Positions 28,374 through 35,827 of a stretch of 64,000 nucleotides of DNA are shown here, piece by piece. The stretch covers positions 33,130 through 97,129 of the forward strand of contig PLMK01000013.1 in NCBI GenBank assembly GCA_003142475.1, written 5' to 3'. The position numbers and the translations under genes were made by a program. The stretch comes from Ignavibacteriota bacterium. Lineage in GTDB: Bacteria > Bacteroidota > Ignavibacteria > UBA10030. Each line of letters begins with the position of its first letter. The stretch's first letter is position 1. A model generated the notes under the pieces. The model was given only the letters and a program-made list of their open reading frames with translations, was not told the origin of the DNA and ran no database searches.

Positions 28374-28402
28374 GCAATTTTTCAAAAAATTCAGTAAGTT
28401 AT
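28374..28402. repeat. DR2 copy B (29 nt)
   Basis: GCAATTTTTCAAAAAATTCAGTAAGTTAT. It lies 47 nt upstream of the pruA start. Confidence 0.9.
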
Positions 28403-28448
28403 ACCCACTGAAAATTATTCAAGAATTTTATCTGAGAGGACTGGCGCT

Positions 28449-30005
28449 ATGGCGCACAAACCTTTTAAGAATGAACCGCTAACCGATTTTTCAAAACCCG
28501 CAAATCGGAAAGCGATGGAAAAGGCATTAGCCAAAGTAAAGGCGATGCTGGGTAAAGAATATCCGCTTGTTATCGGTGGAGAAGAAATTCACACTGACGA
28601 CAAATTGAAATCCATAAATCCCTCTCGACCGAGCGAAGTGGTTGGGAAATTTTCGAAAGCAAATCCTAATCTCGCAAATAAAGCCATTGAAGCCGCGGCT
28701 CAAAAATTTGAAGAATGGAAATGGGCCGATCCGGCGAAACGTGCCGAGTACCTTTTCAAAGCAGCCAGGCTCATGCGCCAGCGGAAACACGAATTCAGCG
28801 CGGTGATGATTTACGAAGTCGGTAAAACGTGGCCCGAAGCCGATGCTGATACTGCAGAAGCCATCGACTTCCTTGAGTTCTATGCACGAGAGATACTGCG
28901 CTATTCCGCCAGGCAGCCCATGACAAAAATTCCCGGTGAGAAAAACGAGCTCTGGTATATTCCGCTGGGAGTTGGCGTTATGCTGCCGCCATGGAATTTT
29001 GCGCTCGCAATTCTTACGGGTATGACATCAGCCGCTGTCGTTGCCGGCAATACAGTGGTACTGAAGCCATCCAGCGATTCACCGCTTACCGGTTGGATGT
29101 TTTTTAATTTAATGCGTGAAGTTGGAGTACCGGCGGGTGTGATCAATTTTCTCACTGGTTCCGGCGCTTCTATCGGTGATGTGCTTGTTGCGCATCCGAA
29201 AACGCGCTTTGTCTCGTTCACCGGATCGAAAGAAGTCGGTATTCATATCAATGAACTTGCGGCAAAGGTTCAACCCGGACAAAAATGGCTCAAGCGCGTC
29301 GTTGCAGAAATGGGCGGGAAAGATTCTATCATTATCGATGATCAGACTGATCTCGATACAGCGGCACAAGCAACGATGGTTTCTGCGTTTGGTTTTCAAG
29401 GACAGAAATGTTCTGCTGCTTCCCGTGCAATCGTGGTTGAGAAAGTGTACGATACGTTTCTCGATCTCTTAAAAGTAAAAGTTGATAAATTAAAAACCGG
29501 TCAGTCTGATGATCCGGCAAATTATATGGGTCCGGTGGTTAATAAAAGTTCGGAAGAGAAAATTCTTTCGTACATTCAAAAAGGAATTCAAGAAGGCGGC
29601 CGATTAATTTGCGGCGGTAGTAAAGCTGAAGAAGACGGATTCTTCATCAAACCGACAGTCATTGCCGATGTCGACCCGCTGGGAACAATTTCGCAGGAAG
29701 AGATATTCGGCCCTGTGCTTGCAGTGATCAAAGTGAAAGATTTCGATCAAGCGCTTGAAGTAGCAAACAATACAGAATTCGGTCTTACTGGCGGCATCTG
29801 GACGAAGAATAGAAAAAAGATTGAAAAAGCAAAAAAAGTTTTCCACGTTGGAAATTTTTATGTGAATCGAAAAATAACCGGAGCGCTTGTTGGTGTGCAT
29901 CCCTTCGGCGGATTTAATATGTCCGGCACAGACTCAAAGGCCGGCGGACGAGACTATTTATTGCTCTTGATGCAAACGAAGGCGTTATCGGAGAAGATTA
30001 AATAA
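28449..30005 (+). CDS. pruA: L-glutamate gamma-semialdehyde (1-pyrroline-5-carboxylate) dehydrogenase
   Basis: This 518-aa aldehyde dehydrogenase has 'VAEMGGKD' (Glu) and the catalytic Cys in 'FGFQGQKCSAASR'. Its N-terminus is of the RocA/PruA type. Confidence 0.9.
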   Translation: MAHKPFKNEPLTDFSKPANRKAMEKALAKVKAMLGKEYPLVIGGEEIHTDDKLKSINPSRPSEVVGKFSKANPNLANKAIEAAAQKFEEWKWADPAKRAEYLFKAARLMRQRKHEFSAVMIYEVGKTWPEADADTAEAIDFLEFYAREILRYSARQPMTKIPGEKNELWYIPLGVGVMLPPWNFALAILTGMTSAAVVAGNTVVLKPSSDSPLTGWMFFNLMREVGVPAGVINFLTGSGASIGDVLVAHPKTRFVSFTGSKEVGIHINELAAKVQPGQKWLKRVVAEMGGKDSIIIDDQTDLDTAAQATMVSAFGFQGQKCSAASRAIVVEKVYDTFLDLLKVKVDKLKTGQSDDPANYMGPVVNKSSEEKILSYIQKGIQEGGRLICGGSKAEEDGFFIKPTVIADVDPLGTISQEEIFGPVLAVIKVKDFDQALEVANNTEFGLTGGIWTKNRKKIEKAKKVFHVGNFYVNRKITGALVGVHPFGGFNMSGTDSKAGGRDYLLLLMQTKALSEKIK

Positions 30006-30011
30006 GATTTG

Positions 30012-30031
30012 GAGATTGTGAGATAAGAGAT
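30012..30031. repeat. solo cluster of GAGAT octamer-type repeats
   Basis: GAGAT occurs at 30012, 30020 and 30027, within 'ttGGAGATtgtGAGATaaGAGATttt'. This is the same motif family as the arrays flanking the four-helix-bundle gene. Confidence 0.6.
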
Positions 30032-30059
30032 TTTGTAATTTTCAAATTGGAAATTGCAG

Positions 30060-30509
30060 ATGTCTGAACTAACAACGTGTTCCAATTGTAACAACGAGGT
30101 GACAGAAGACAGCGATTTCTGTCCGCATTGCGGCAATCTTTTTAAAGAAGCACCTCCTGTTCATTGTGAAACCGATCTCGACCAGGAAGCCACGGGTGTT
30201 TGCATTATTTGTCAAAAACTAGTTTGTTCTCGATGTCAGGAAGTGCAGAATAGACGTTTATTTTGTCCGGAGCATTGCAATGTTCAAGTGGAGGAGGATT
30301 GGGCTCTGATAGTTGAATCACGTGCAGCGGCGGATGTGGAGATGCAAAAGGGCTATCTGGAATCAAAGGGGATTCAGACGACGATGCAAGATTTCGGATT
30401 GCGCCTCAGACATCCCGGTGCTTTACGGTTGTTTATTCCGATTCCCGATTACCTTCGTGCGAAGAAGATACTCGACGAATCAAATGAATTAATAAATCTC
30501 AATGAGTGA
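30060..30509 (+). CDS. zinc-ribbon / B-box-like Cys-rich / DUF2007-like protein (paralog 1)
   Basis: 'CSNCNNEVTEDSDFCPHCG' is a zinc ribbon. A Cys cluster 'VHCET..GVCIICQKLVCSRCQ...RRLFCPEH' follows. The C-terminal region 'DVEMQKGYLESKGIQTTMQD...LFIPIPDYLRAKKILDE' is DUF2007-like. The ORF track starts at TTG 30054; the ATG at 30060 is preferred. Confidence 0.7.
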   Translation: MSELTTCSNCNNEVTEDSDFCPHCGNLFKEAPPVHCETDLDQEATGVCIICQKLVCSRCQEVQNRRLFCPEHCNVQVEEDWALIVESRAAADVEMQKGYLESKGIQTTMQDFGLRLRHPGALRLFIPIPDYLRAKKILDESNELINLNE

Positions 30510-31026
30510 CAGCACAATGGACACATTCATAAAATGTCCGAATTGTTCGGATGAAATAACAGAAGACAGTGATTTTTGCCCGCATTGCGGTACTTTATTT
30601 ACGGAAGCCGGTCCGGTGTTTTGCGATTTGCATCCATTGGAATCCGGAGCAGGTGTTTGTATTATCTGTCGCAAACTTTGTTGTGAAGCATGCGGCGCTC
30701 AAGTTCGCGGACGATATTTTTGTTCGGCGCATCGAAAAGTTAAAGTGGAACAAGATTGGGCAGAAGTTTTTCGTTCAACAGAGATATCTGATGCAGAATT
30801 AGTGAAATCGGTTTTGGAATCAACGGGGCATAAGGTACAGGTGCAGAATTTTAATTCCATCGGATTTATTTGGGATGGCGGGGGTGATTCACCCATCTCG
30901 CGCAGCAACATCAATAAACCGGCAAAAGTATTTGTGCCCATCCCAGAATATTTAAAAGCGATGGAAGAAATTGTAGATTGGAAATCATCGGAAACTACTA
31001 TTGATGAAGCAGAATCTGAGATGTAG
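30502..31026 (+). CDS. zinc-ribbon / B-box-like Cys-rich / DUF2007-like protein (paralog 2)
   Basis: The architecture matches paralog 1: 'CPNCSDEITEDSDFCPHCG', then 'FCDLH..GVCIICRKLCCEACG...GRYFCSAH', then 'DAELVKSVLESTGHKVQVQN...VFVPIPEYLKAMEEI'. It overlaps paralog 1 by 8 nt. Confidence 0.7.
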   Translation: MSDSTMDTFIKCPNCSDEITEDSDFCPHCGTLFTEAGPVFCDLHPLESGAGVCIICRKLCCEACGAQVRGRYFCSAHRKVKVEQDWAEVFRSTEISDAELVKSVLESTGHKVQVQNFNSIGFIWDGGGDSPISRSNINKPAKVFVPIPEYLKAMEEIVDWKSSETTIDEAESEM

Positions 31027-31050
31027 ATTGGAACAAAAGAGGAATTCATC

Positions 31051-32214
31051 ATGAAGATTCACGAATATCAGGGAAAAGAAATTCTGAAAAAATTCGGAGT
31101 TCCCGTGCCGAAAGGTGAAGTGGCATTCACGATTGATGAAGCGGTGAAAGCTGCTGAGAAAATCGGCGGGAGTGTGTGGGTAGTCAAAGCGCAAATTCAT
31201 GCCGGCGGACGCGGAAAAGGCGGCGGTGTGAAACTTGCGCGGAGCCTGAAAGAAGTTCGCGAGCGCGCCGGAGAAATCCTCGGTATGCGTCTTATAACGC
31301 ATCAAACCGGACCGGAAGGACGCATCGTTTGCCGCTTGCTTGTTGAACAAGGGATGAATATTGCGAAGGAAATGTATGTCGGTATTACACTGGATCGTCA
31401 GCGCTCGCAGAATGTTGTGATGGTCTCAACGGAAGGCGGAGTAGAGATTGAAAAGGTCGCCGCCGAAACACCGGAGAAGATACTAAAAGAAGCTGTTGAC
31501 CCCGTAATCGGATTTCAGCAGTTTCAAGCACGGACTCTTTGTTTCGGACTCGGGTTAACAGGCGATGCATTGAAAAACGGTGTAAAATTTTTTTTGGCGC
31601 TCTACAAAGCGTACGAAGCGACCGACGCGTCACTCGCTGAAATAAATCCGCTCGTTATTACACAGGAAGGGCATGTCATTGCGCTCGATGCCAAAATCAA
31701 TTTTGATGATAACGCACTTTTCCGCCATCCGGAATATGAGCAGCTTCGCGATATCGATGAAGAAGAACCGCTGGAGGTGGAAGCCGCGGCATCCAATCTT
31801 AACTATATAAAGCTCGATGGCAATGTGGGATGTATGGTCAATGGCGCCGGACTCGCAATGGCAACGATGGATATTATCAAACTTGCCGGCGGAATGCCAG
31901 CCAACTTTCTTGATGTTGGCGGCGGTGCAAGCGCCGAAACGGTGGAAGCCGGATTCAACATTATTTTAAAAGATAAGAATGTAAAAGCCATCCTCATTAA
32001 CATTTTCGGCGGTATTGTGCGGTGCGATCGTGTGGCAACCGGAGTTGTTGAAGCCGCGAAAAATGTCAATGTGCAAGTTCCTATCGTCATACGTCTCGCC
32101 GGAACGAATGCCGAACTTGCAACAGAGATTTTAAAAAACTCGGGATTAAAATTTCTTGTCGCAGGCACTTTAAAAGAAGCCGCAGAGAAAGTAACAAGCG
32201 CAATTGCAGCGTAA
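31051..32214 (+). CDS. sucC: succinate--CoA ligase (ADP-forming) beta subunit
   Basis: '[20 protein letters not shown]...[18 protein letters not shown]' is the ATP-grasp region. The C-terminal ligase-CoA domain is also present. No sucD follows. Confidence 0.95.
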   Translation: MKIHEYQGKEILKKFGVPVPKGEVAFTIDEAVKAAEKIGGSVWVVKAQIHAGGRGKGGGVKLARSLKEVRERAGEILGMRLITHQTGPEGRIVCRLLVEQGMNIAKEMYVGITLDRQRSQNVVMVSTEGGVEIEKVAAETPEKILKEAVDPVIGFQQFQARTLCFGLGLTGDALKNGVKFFLALYKAYEATDASLAEINPLVITQEGHVIALDAKINFDDNALFRHPEYEQLRDIDEEEPLEVEAAASNLNYIKLDGNVGCMVNGAGLAMATMDIIKLAGGMPANFLDVGGGASAETVEAGFNIILKDKNVKAILINIFGGIVRCDRVATGVVEAAKNVNVQVPIVIRLAGTNAELATEILKNSGLKFLVAGTLKEAAEKVTSAIAA

Positions 32215-32279
32215 TTTTTTTTATACACATTTTCATTGATCTCAACGACTCATAAACTCATTATCTTAAAGACTTCTTT

Positions 32280-33737
32280 ATGCCTTGGAATGAAAATTAC
32301 GAACCTGTGATTGGACTTGAAGTTCACGCACAACTATTAACCAAATCGAAAGCATTTTGCAGCTGTTCAACAAAGTTTGGGAATGATCCAAACTCCAATG
32401 TTTGTCCGGTCTGTCTTGGTATGCCGGGGGTGCTTCCTGTGTTGAACAAAAATCACGTCGAGTTCATTATGAAGATGGGTTTGGCGACTAACTGCACCAT
32501 CGCGCCTAAATCTATTTTCGCTAGAAAAAATTATTTCTATCCGGATTTGCCAAAGGGTTACCAGATATCGCAGTATGAAGAGCCGATATGTATGAACGGC
32601 TGGTTAGATGTTGAACTGAAGGATGGAACAACACGACGGATCGGTATAACGCGCATTCACATGGAAGAAGATGCCGGCAAGTCGATTCACGATCAAGACA
32701 TCGATACGCTTGTGGATGTGAACCGGTGTGGTGTTCCGCTCATCGAGATCGTTAGTGAGCCCGATATGCACACGCCGCAAGAGGCATATCAATATCTCTC
32801 TATGATTCGCCAGATCGTTACCTATCTTGGTATCTGTGACGGCAATATGGAAGAAGGAAGTCTTCGGTGCGATGCAAATGTTTCGGTGCGAAAAAAAGGC
32901 GAAACGAAATTAGGCACGAAGCAGGAAGTAAAGAATTTGAATTCCTTCCGCTTCGTCGAGAAGGCGTTAGAATATGAAATCACACGTCAAATCGAAGCAC
33001 TCGAAAACGGAGAAACAATAGTTCAGCAGACTTTACTGTGGGATTCTGATAAAGGAATTTGCGTTCCAATGCGTTCGAAGGAAGAAGCTCATGACTATCG
33101 CTACTTTCCCGATCCTGATTTAGTGCCTGTACTTGTGAAGCAAACGTGGATTGATGATATAAAGGCGAAATTGCCAGAACTACCGATTGTTCGCCGCAAT
33201 CGCTACATGAACGAATTCAAATTGCCGAAGTACGATGCTAATATTCTTACCGGTGAGCGTGAGCTGGCGGACTATTTTGACGGCATCATTTCAAATCTCA
33301 AAACAAAAAACGAAGAGACCTATAAAATAGCAAGCAATTGGACGATGGTGGACATTCTGCGTGTCATCAACGATCAGCATATTGCGGTTTCAGACTTCCC
33401 CATTACTCCTAAGAATCTTTCTGACATGATCAATCTCATTATCGATGGAACTATCAGCGGCAAGATCGCCAAAGATGTTTTCGAAGAAATGCTGAAAACA
33501 AAAGAGTCGCCCAAAGCGATTGTTGAAAAAAAGGGCTTAGTGCAGGTGAGCGATGAGTCTGCGATTGAAAAAGTGATTGATGAAATTCTCGCGAGCAATC
33601 AAGGACAAGTTGAGCAATATAAAAGTGGGAAGCAGCAGGTATTTAGCTTCTTTGTCGGACAAACAATGAAAGCAATGAAGGGAAAAGCAAATCCGAAGAT
33701 CGTGAATGAGGTTCTGACAAGGAAATTGAGAAATTGA
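32280..33737 (+). CDS. gatB: Asp-tRNA(Asn)/Glu-tRNA(Gln) amidotransferase subunit B
   Basis: '[13 protein letters not shown]', '[16 protein letters not shown]' and '[11 protein letters not shown]' are present, followed by a C-terminal GatB/YqeY domain. Confidence 0.95.
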   Translation: MPWNENYEPVIGLEVHAQLLTKSKAFCSCSTKFGNDPNSNVCPVCLGMPGVLPVLNKNHVEFIMKMGLATNCTIAPKSIFARKNYFYPDLPKGYQISQYEEPICMNGWLDVELKDGTTRRIGITRIHMEEDAGKSIHDQDIDTLVDVNRCGVPLIEIVSEPDMHTPQEAYQYLSMIRQIVTYLGICDGNMEEGSLRCDANVSVRKKGETKLGTKQEVKNLNSFRFVEKALEYEITRQIEALENGETIVQQTLLWDSDKGICVPMRSKEEAHDYRYFPDPDLVPVLVKQTWIDDIKAKLPELPIVRRNRYMNEFKLPKYDANILTGERELADYFDGIISNLKTKNEETYKIASNWTMVDILRVINDQHIAVSDFPITPKNLSDMINLIIDGTISGKIAKDVFEEMLKTKESPKAIVEKKGLVQVSDESAIEKVIDEILASNQGQVEQYKSGKQQVFSFFVGQTMKAMKGKANPKIVNEVLTRKLRN

Positions 33738-33830
33738 GATATTAAGATGATGAGATGTTGTGTGGTTGAGATAATAAGAAGTTGAGATAAAAGATTTATA
33801 ATAGATATTGATAGCAAGAGATAGTAGAAA
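33723..33830 (+). repeat. degenerate octamer (wTGAGATr / xxxAGAT) tandem array, upstream flank
   Basis: GAGAT occurs at 33736, 33752, 33768 and 33784, an exact 16-nt phase, and again at 33818. The 16-mers TTGAGATATTAAGATG and TTGAGATAATAAGAAG match at 14/16. The array starts inside the last codons of gatB. Confidence 0.8.
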
Positions 33831-33832
33831 AC

Positions 33833-34195
33833 ATGCATAATCTTGAAGAACTTCAAGTATATCACAAAGCGCTTTCTTTTACCAAAGATACAAGACGAAT
33901 AACAAAAAGCTTTCCCAAAGATGAATTGTTCGGACTCATCTCTCAATTCAAACGGGCTGCCGACTCAATTGTGCTCAATATTGCGGAAGGAGCGGGTAAT
34001 TCCTCAAACAAAGAATTTATTCATTTTCTCGACTATTCCATTCGTTCTTCTTTTGAATGTAACGGGTGTATCGATATTGCACTTGAAAACAAATTTATTA
34101 ATCAAACGGATTATCAGATGCTGCTTGCGGATACCAATGAACTCATAGCAATGTTCTATGGTCTTCAGAAACATCTTAAGCAGAGAATCAAATGA
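33833..34195 (+). CDS. four-helix-bundle protein (23S rRNA intervening-sequence protein family)
   Basis: 120 aa. 'LQVYHKALSFTKDTRRITKSFPKDELFGLISQFKRAADSIVLNIAEGAGNSSNKEFIHFLDYSIRSSFE' is characteristic of this family. Confidence 0.85.
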   Translation: MHNLEELQVYHKALSFTKDTRRITKSFPKDELFGLISQFKRAADSIVLNIAEGAGNSSNKEFIHFLDYSIRSSFECNGCIDIALENKFINQTDYQMLLADTNELIAMFYGLQKHLKQRIK

Positions 34196-34198
34196 TAT

Positions 34199-34240
34199 AC
34201 ATCTCATAATCTCAATTTCTTATAATCTAATATCTTATCC
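34199..34240 (-). repeat. inverted octamer (ATCTy) array, downstream flank
   Basis: The units atctcata|atctcaat|ttcttata|atctaata|tcttatcc are 8-nt phased. ACATCTCAT (34199-34207) is the reverse complement of ATGAGATGT (33750-33758). ATCTCAATTT (34209-34218) is the reverse complement of AAATTGAGAT (33731-33740). Confidence 0.8.
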
Positions 34241-34262
34241 AACAAATCAGAAAGAAAAAACC

Positions 34263-35021
34263 ATGCGCACAAAAATCATAGCTGGAAACTGGAAAATGTA
34301 CAAAGACATCAACGAGTCGGCAGAACTGCTGAACAGTCTTAAATCAAAACTTGCTGTCCTGCCAAACGGAGTGAAAGCGATTGTCTGCCCGCCATTCACC
34401 TCTCTTGCCCTTGCGAAGGAATTGCTCAAGGGATCGCCCATCGCACTTGGCGCCCAGAATATGTATCCTGAAGACGAAGGTGCATTCACGGCAGAAATAT
34501 CTCCGAAGATGCTGAGGTCGGTAGGGTGCCAATATGTGATCCTCGGGCACTCGGAGCGGCGGCAGTATTTTCATGAATCGGATGAATTTATTAATAAGAA
34601 GGTAAAGAAGGCACTTGCAGCAGGTTTAATTCCAATTATTTGCGTTGGTGAATCGCTGCAGGAACGCGAAAAGAATATTACCAATCTTGTTGTAACAACT
34701 CAAATCACCGGATGTGTCCAGGGCATTCCGGCATCCGACATCGAAAAATCGATTATTGCATACGAACCTGTCTGGGCAATTGGTACCGGCAAGGTTGCGA
34801 CTCCCCAGCAAGCGCAGGATGTGCACAAACTTATTCGCGAACTTCTTGCCAAGCTGTACAGTTCTTCGACTGCAGAGAAAGTCACCATTCAGTACGGCGG
34901 CAGCGTGAAACCGGAGAATGCAAAAGAATTGCTGCACCAACCTGACATCGATGGTGCACTTGTCGGCGGCGCATGTTTAAAAGCGGACTCTTTTACTGCG
35001 ATTGTGCAAGCGGCGGTGTAA
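34263..35021 (+). CDS. tpiA: triose-phosphate isomerase
   Basis: 'IIAGNWKMY', 'LGHSERR' and 'IAYEPVWAIGTG' are present. The start is ATG 34263; the ORF-track extension crosses the repeat array. Confidence 0.95.
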   Translation: MRTKIIAGNWKMYKDINESAELLNSLKSKLAVLPNGVKAIVCPPFTSLALAKELLKGSPIALGAQNMYPEDEGAFTAEISPKMLRSVGCQYVILGHSERRQYFHESDEFINKKVKKALAAGLIPIICVGESLQEREKNITNLVVTTQITGCVQGIPASDIEKSIIAYEPVWAIGTGKVATPQQAQDVHKLIRELLAKLYSSSTAEKVTIQYGGSVKPENAKELLHQPDIDGALVGGACLKADSFTAIVQAAV

Positions 35022-35050
35022 ACTTTCCTAATTTATTAATTGGTTAATGA

Positions 35051-35087
35051 GGGGTGATATCTGAATTTAAGATACCACCCCTTTTTT
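35051..35087 (+). terminator. rho-independent terminator after tpiA
   Basis: GGGGTGATATC (35051-35061) pairs with GATACCACCCC (35071-35081) with 1 mismatch. It is followed by TTTTTT. Confidence 0.7.
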
Positions 35088-35146
35088 ATGTATTTATGTC
35101 TTATCCTCCAACAGCATTATTAGCAGATGAAAGGAACTTTTCGTAT

Positions 35147-35177
35147 CTTTCGACTGTTAAACTTTTAAAGTCGAAAG
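35147..35177. promoter_or_regulatory. perfect 9-bp inverted repeat just upstream of the TetR gene (candidate operator)
   Basis: CTTTCGACT (35147-35155) is separated by 13 nt from AGTCGAAAG (35169-35177). The repeat ends 8 nt before the GTG start at 35185. Confidence 0.45.
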
Positions 35178-35184
35178 GTCTATT

Positions 35185-35805
35185 GTGGACGAAAAGCTCA
35201 CCCGGGATAAAGAAGAACTTATTTTAGACGCTGCGCAACATCGATTCGCATCGTACGGTTATTCCAAAGTGACAATGGATGAGATCGCCGAAGACATCGG
35301 CATGGCGAAAGCATCGCTGTATTATTACTTCCCGACAAAAGAAACAATCTTCCGCTCGGTCGTCCAGCACGAACAGGAAGAATTTCTTTCCCATATACAA
35401 ACAGTGATTGATGATAAATTCTCTGCCAGTCAGAAATTTTCGGAATATATTCGACTTCGGATCAAATTGACAGAGCAATTGAATAATCTTAGCCCCATGC
35501 ATCAACAAGGGTGGCACGAAGTGAGATCGATTTATAAGGATCTTTTTACAGATTTTATTCAACAGGAACTTCACCGAGTCACGCGAATATTGCAAGAGGG
35601 AAAGAAGAATAAGGAGTTTTGCCTAGAGCATCCGCAAAAAATCGCATCAATGATTCTGCATATTCTTCAAGGACTTCATCTAAGGTTTTTCCGCGGATAT
35701 GACCAGCATGCAATCAGTGAATCTGATCGCATTACATATGAACACGATACACTTCTTTTTGCTGAGACCATTCTCTATGGTCTTTGCAAGAAGTCAAAAC
35801 ATTAA
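35185..35805 (+). CDS. TetR/AcrR family transcriptional regulator
   Basis: The N-terminal HTH is 'RFASYGYSKVTMDEIAEDIGMAKASLYYYFPTKE'. The start codon is GTG. Confidence 0.9.
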   Translation: MDEKLTRDKEELILDAAQHRFASYGYSKVTMDEIAEDIGMAKASLYYYFPTKETIFRSVVQHEQEEFLSHIQTVIDDKFSASQKFSEYIRLRIKLTEQLNNLSPMHQQGWHEVRSIYKDLFTDFIQQELHRVTRILQEGKKNKEFCLEHPQKIASMILHILQGLHLRFFRGYDQHAISESDRITYEHDTLLFAETILYGLCKKSKH

Positions 35806-35827
35806 TACAACGAAAGGACGTTCTTTC

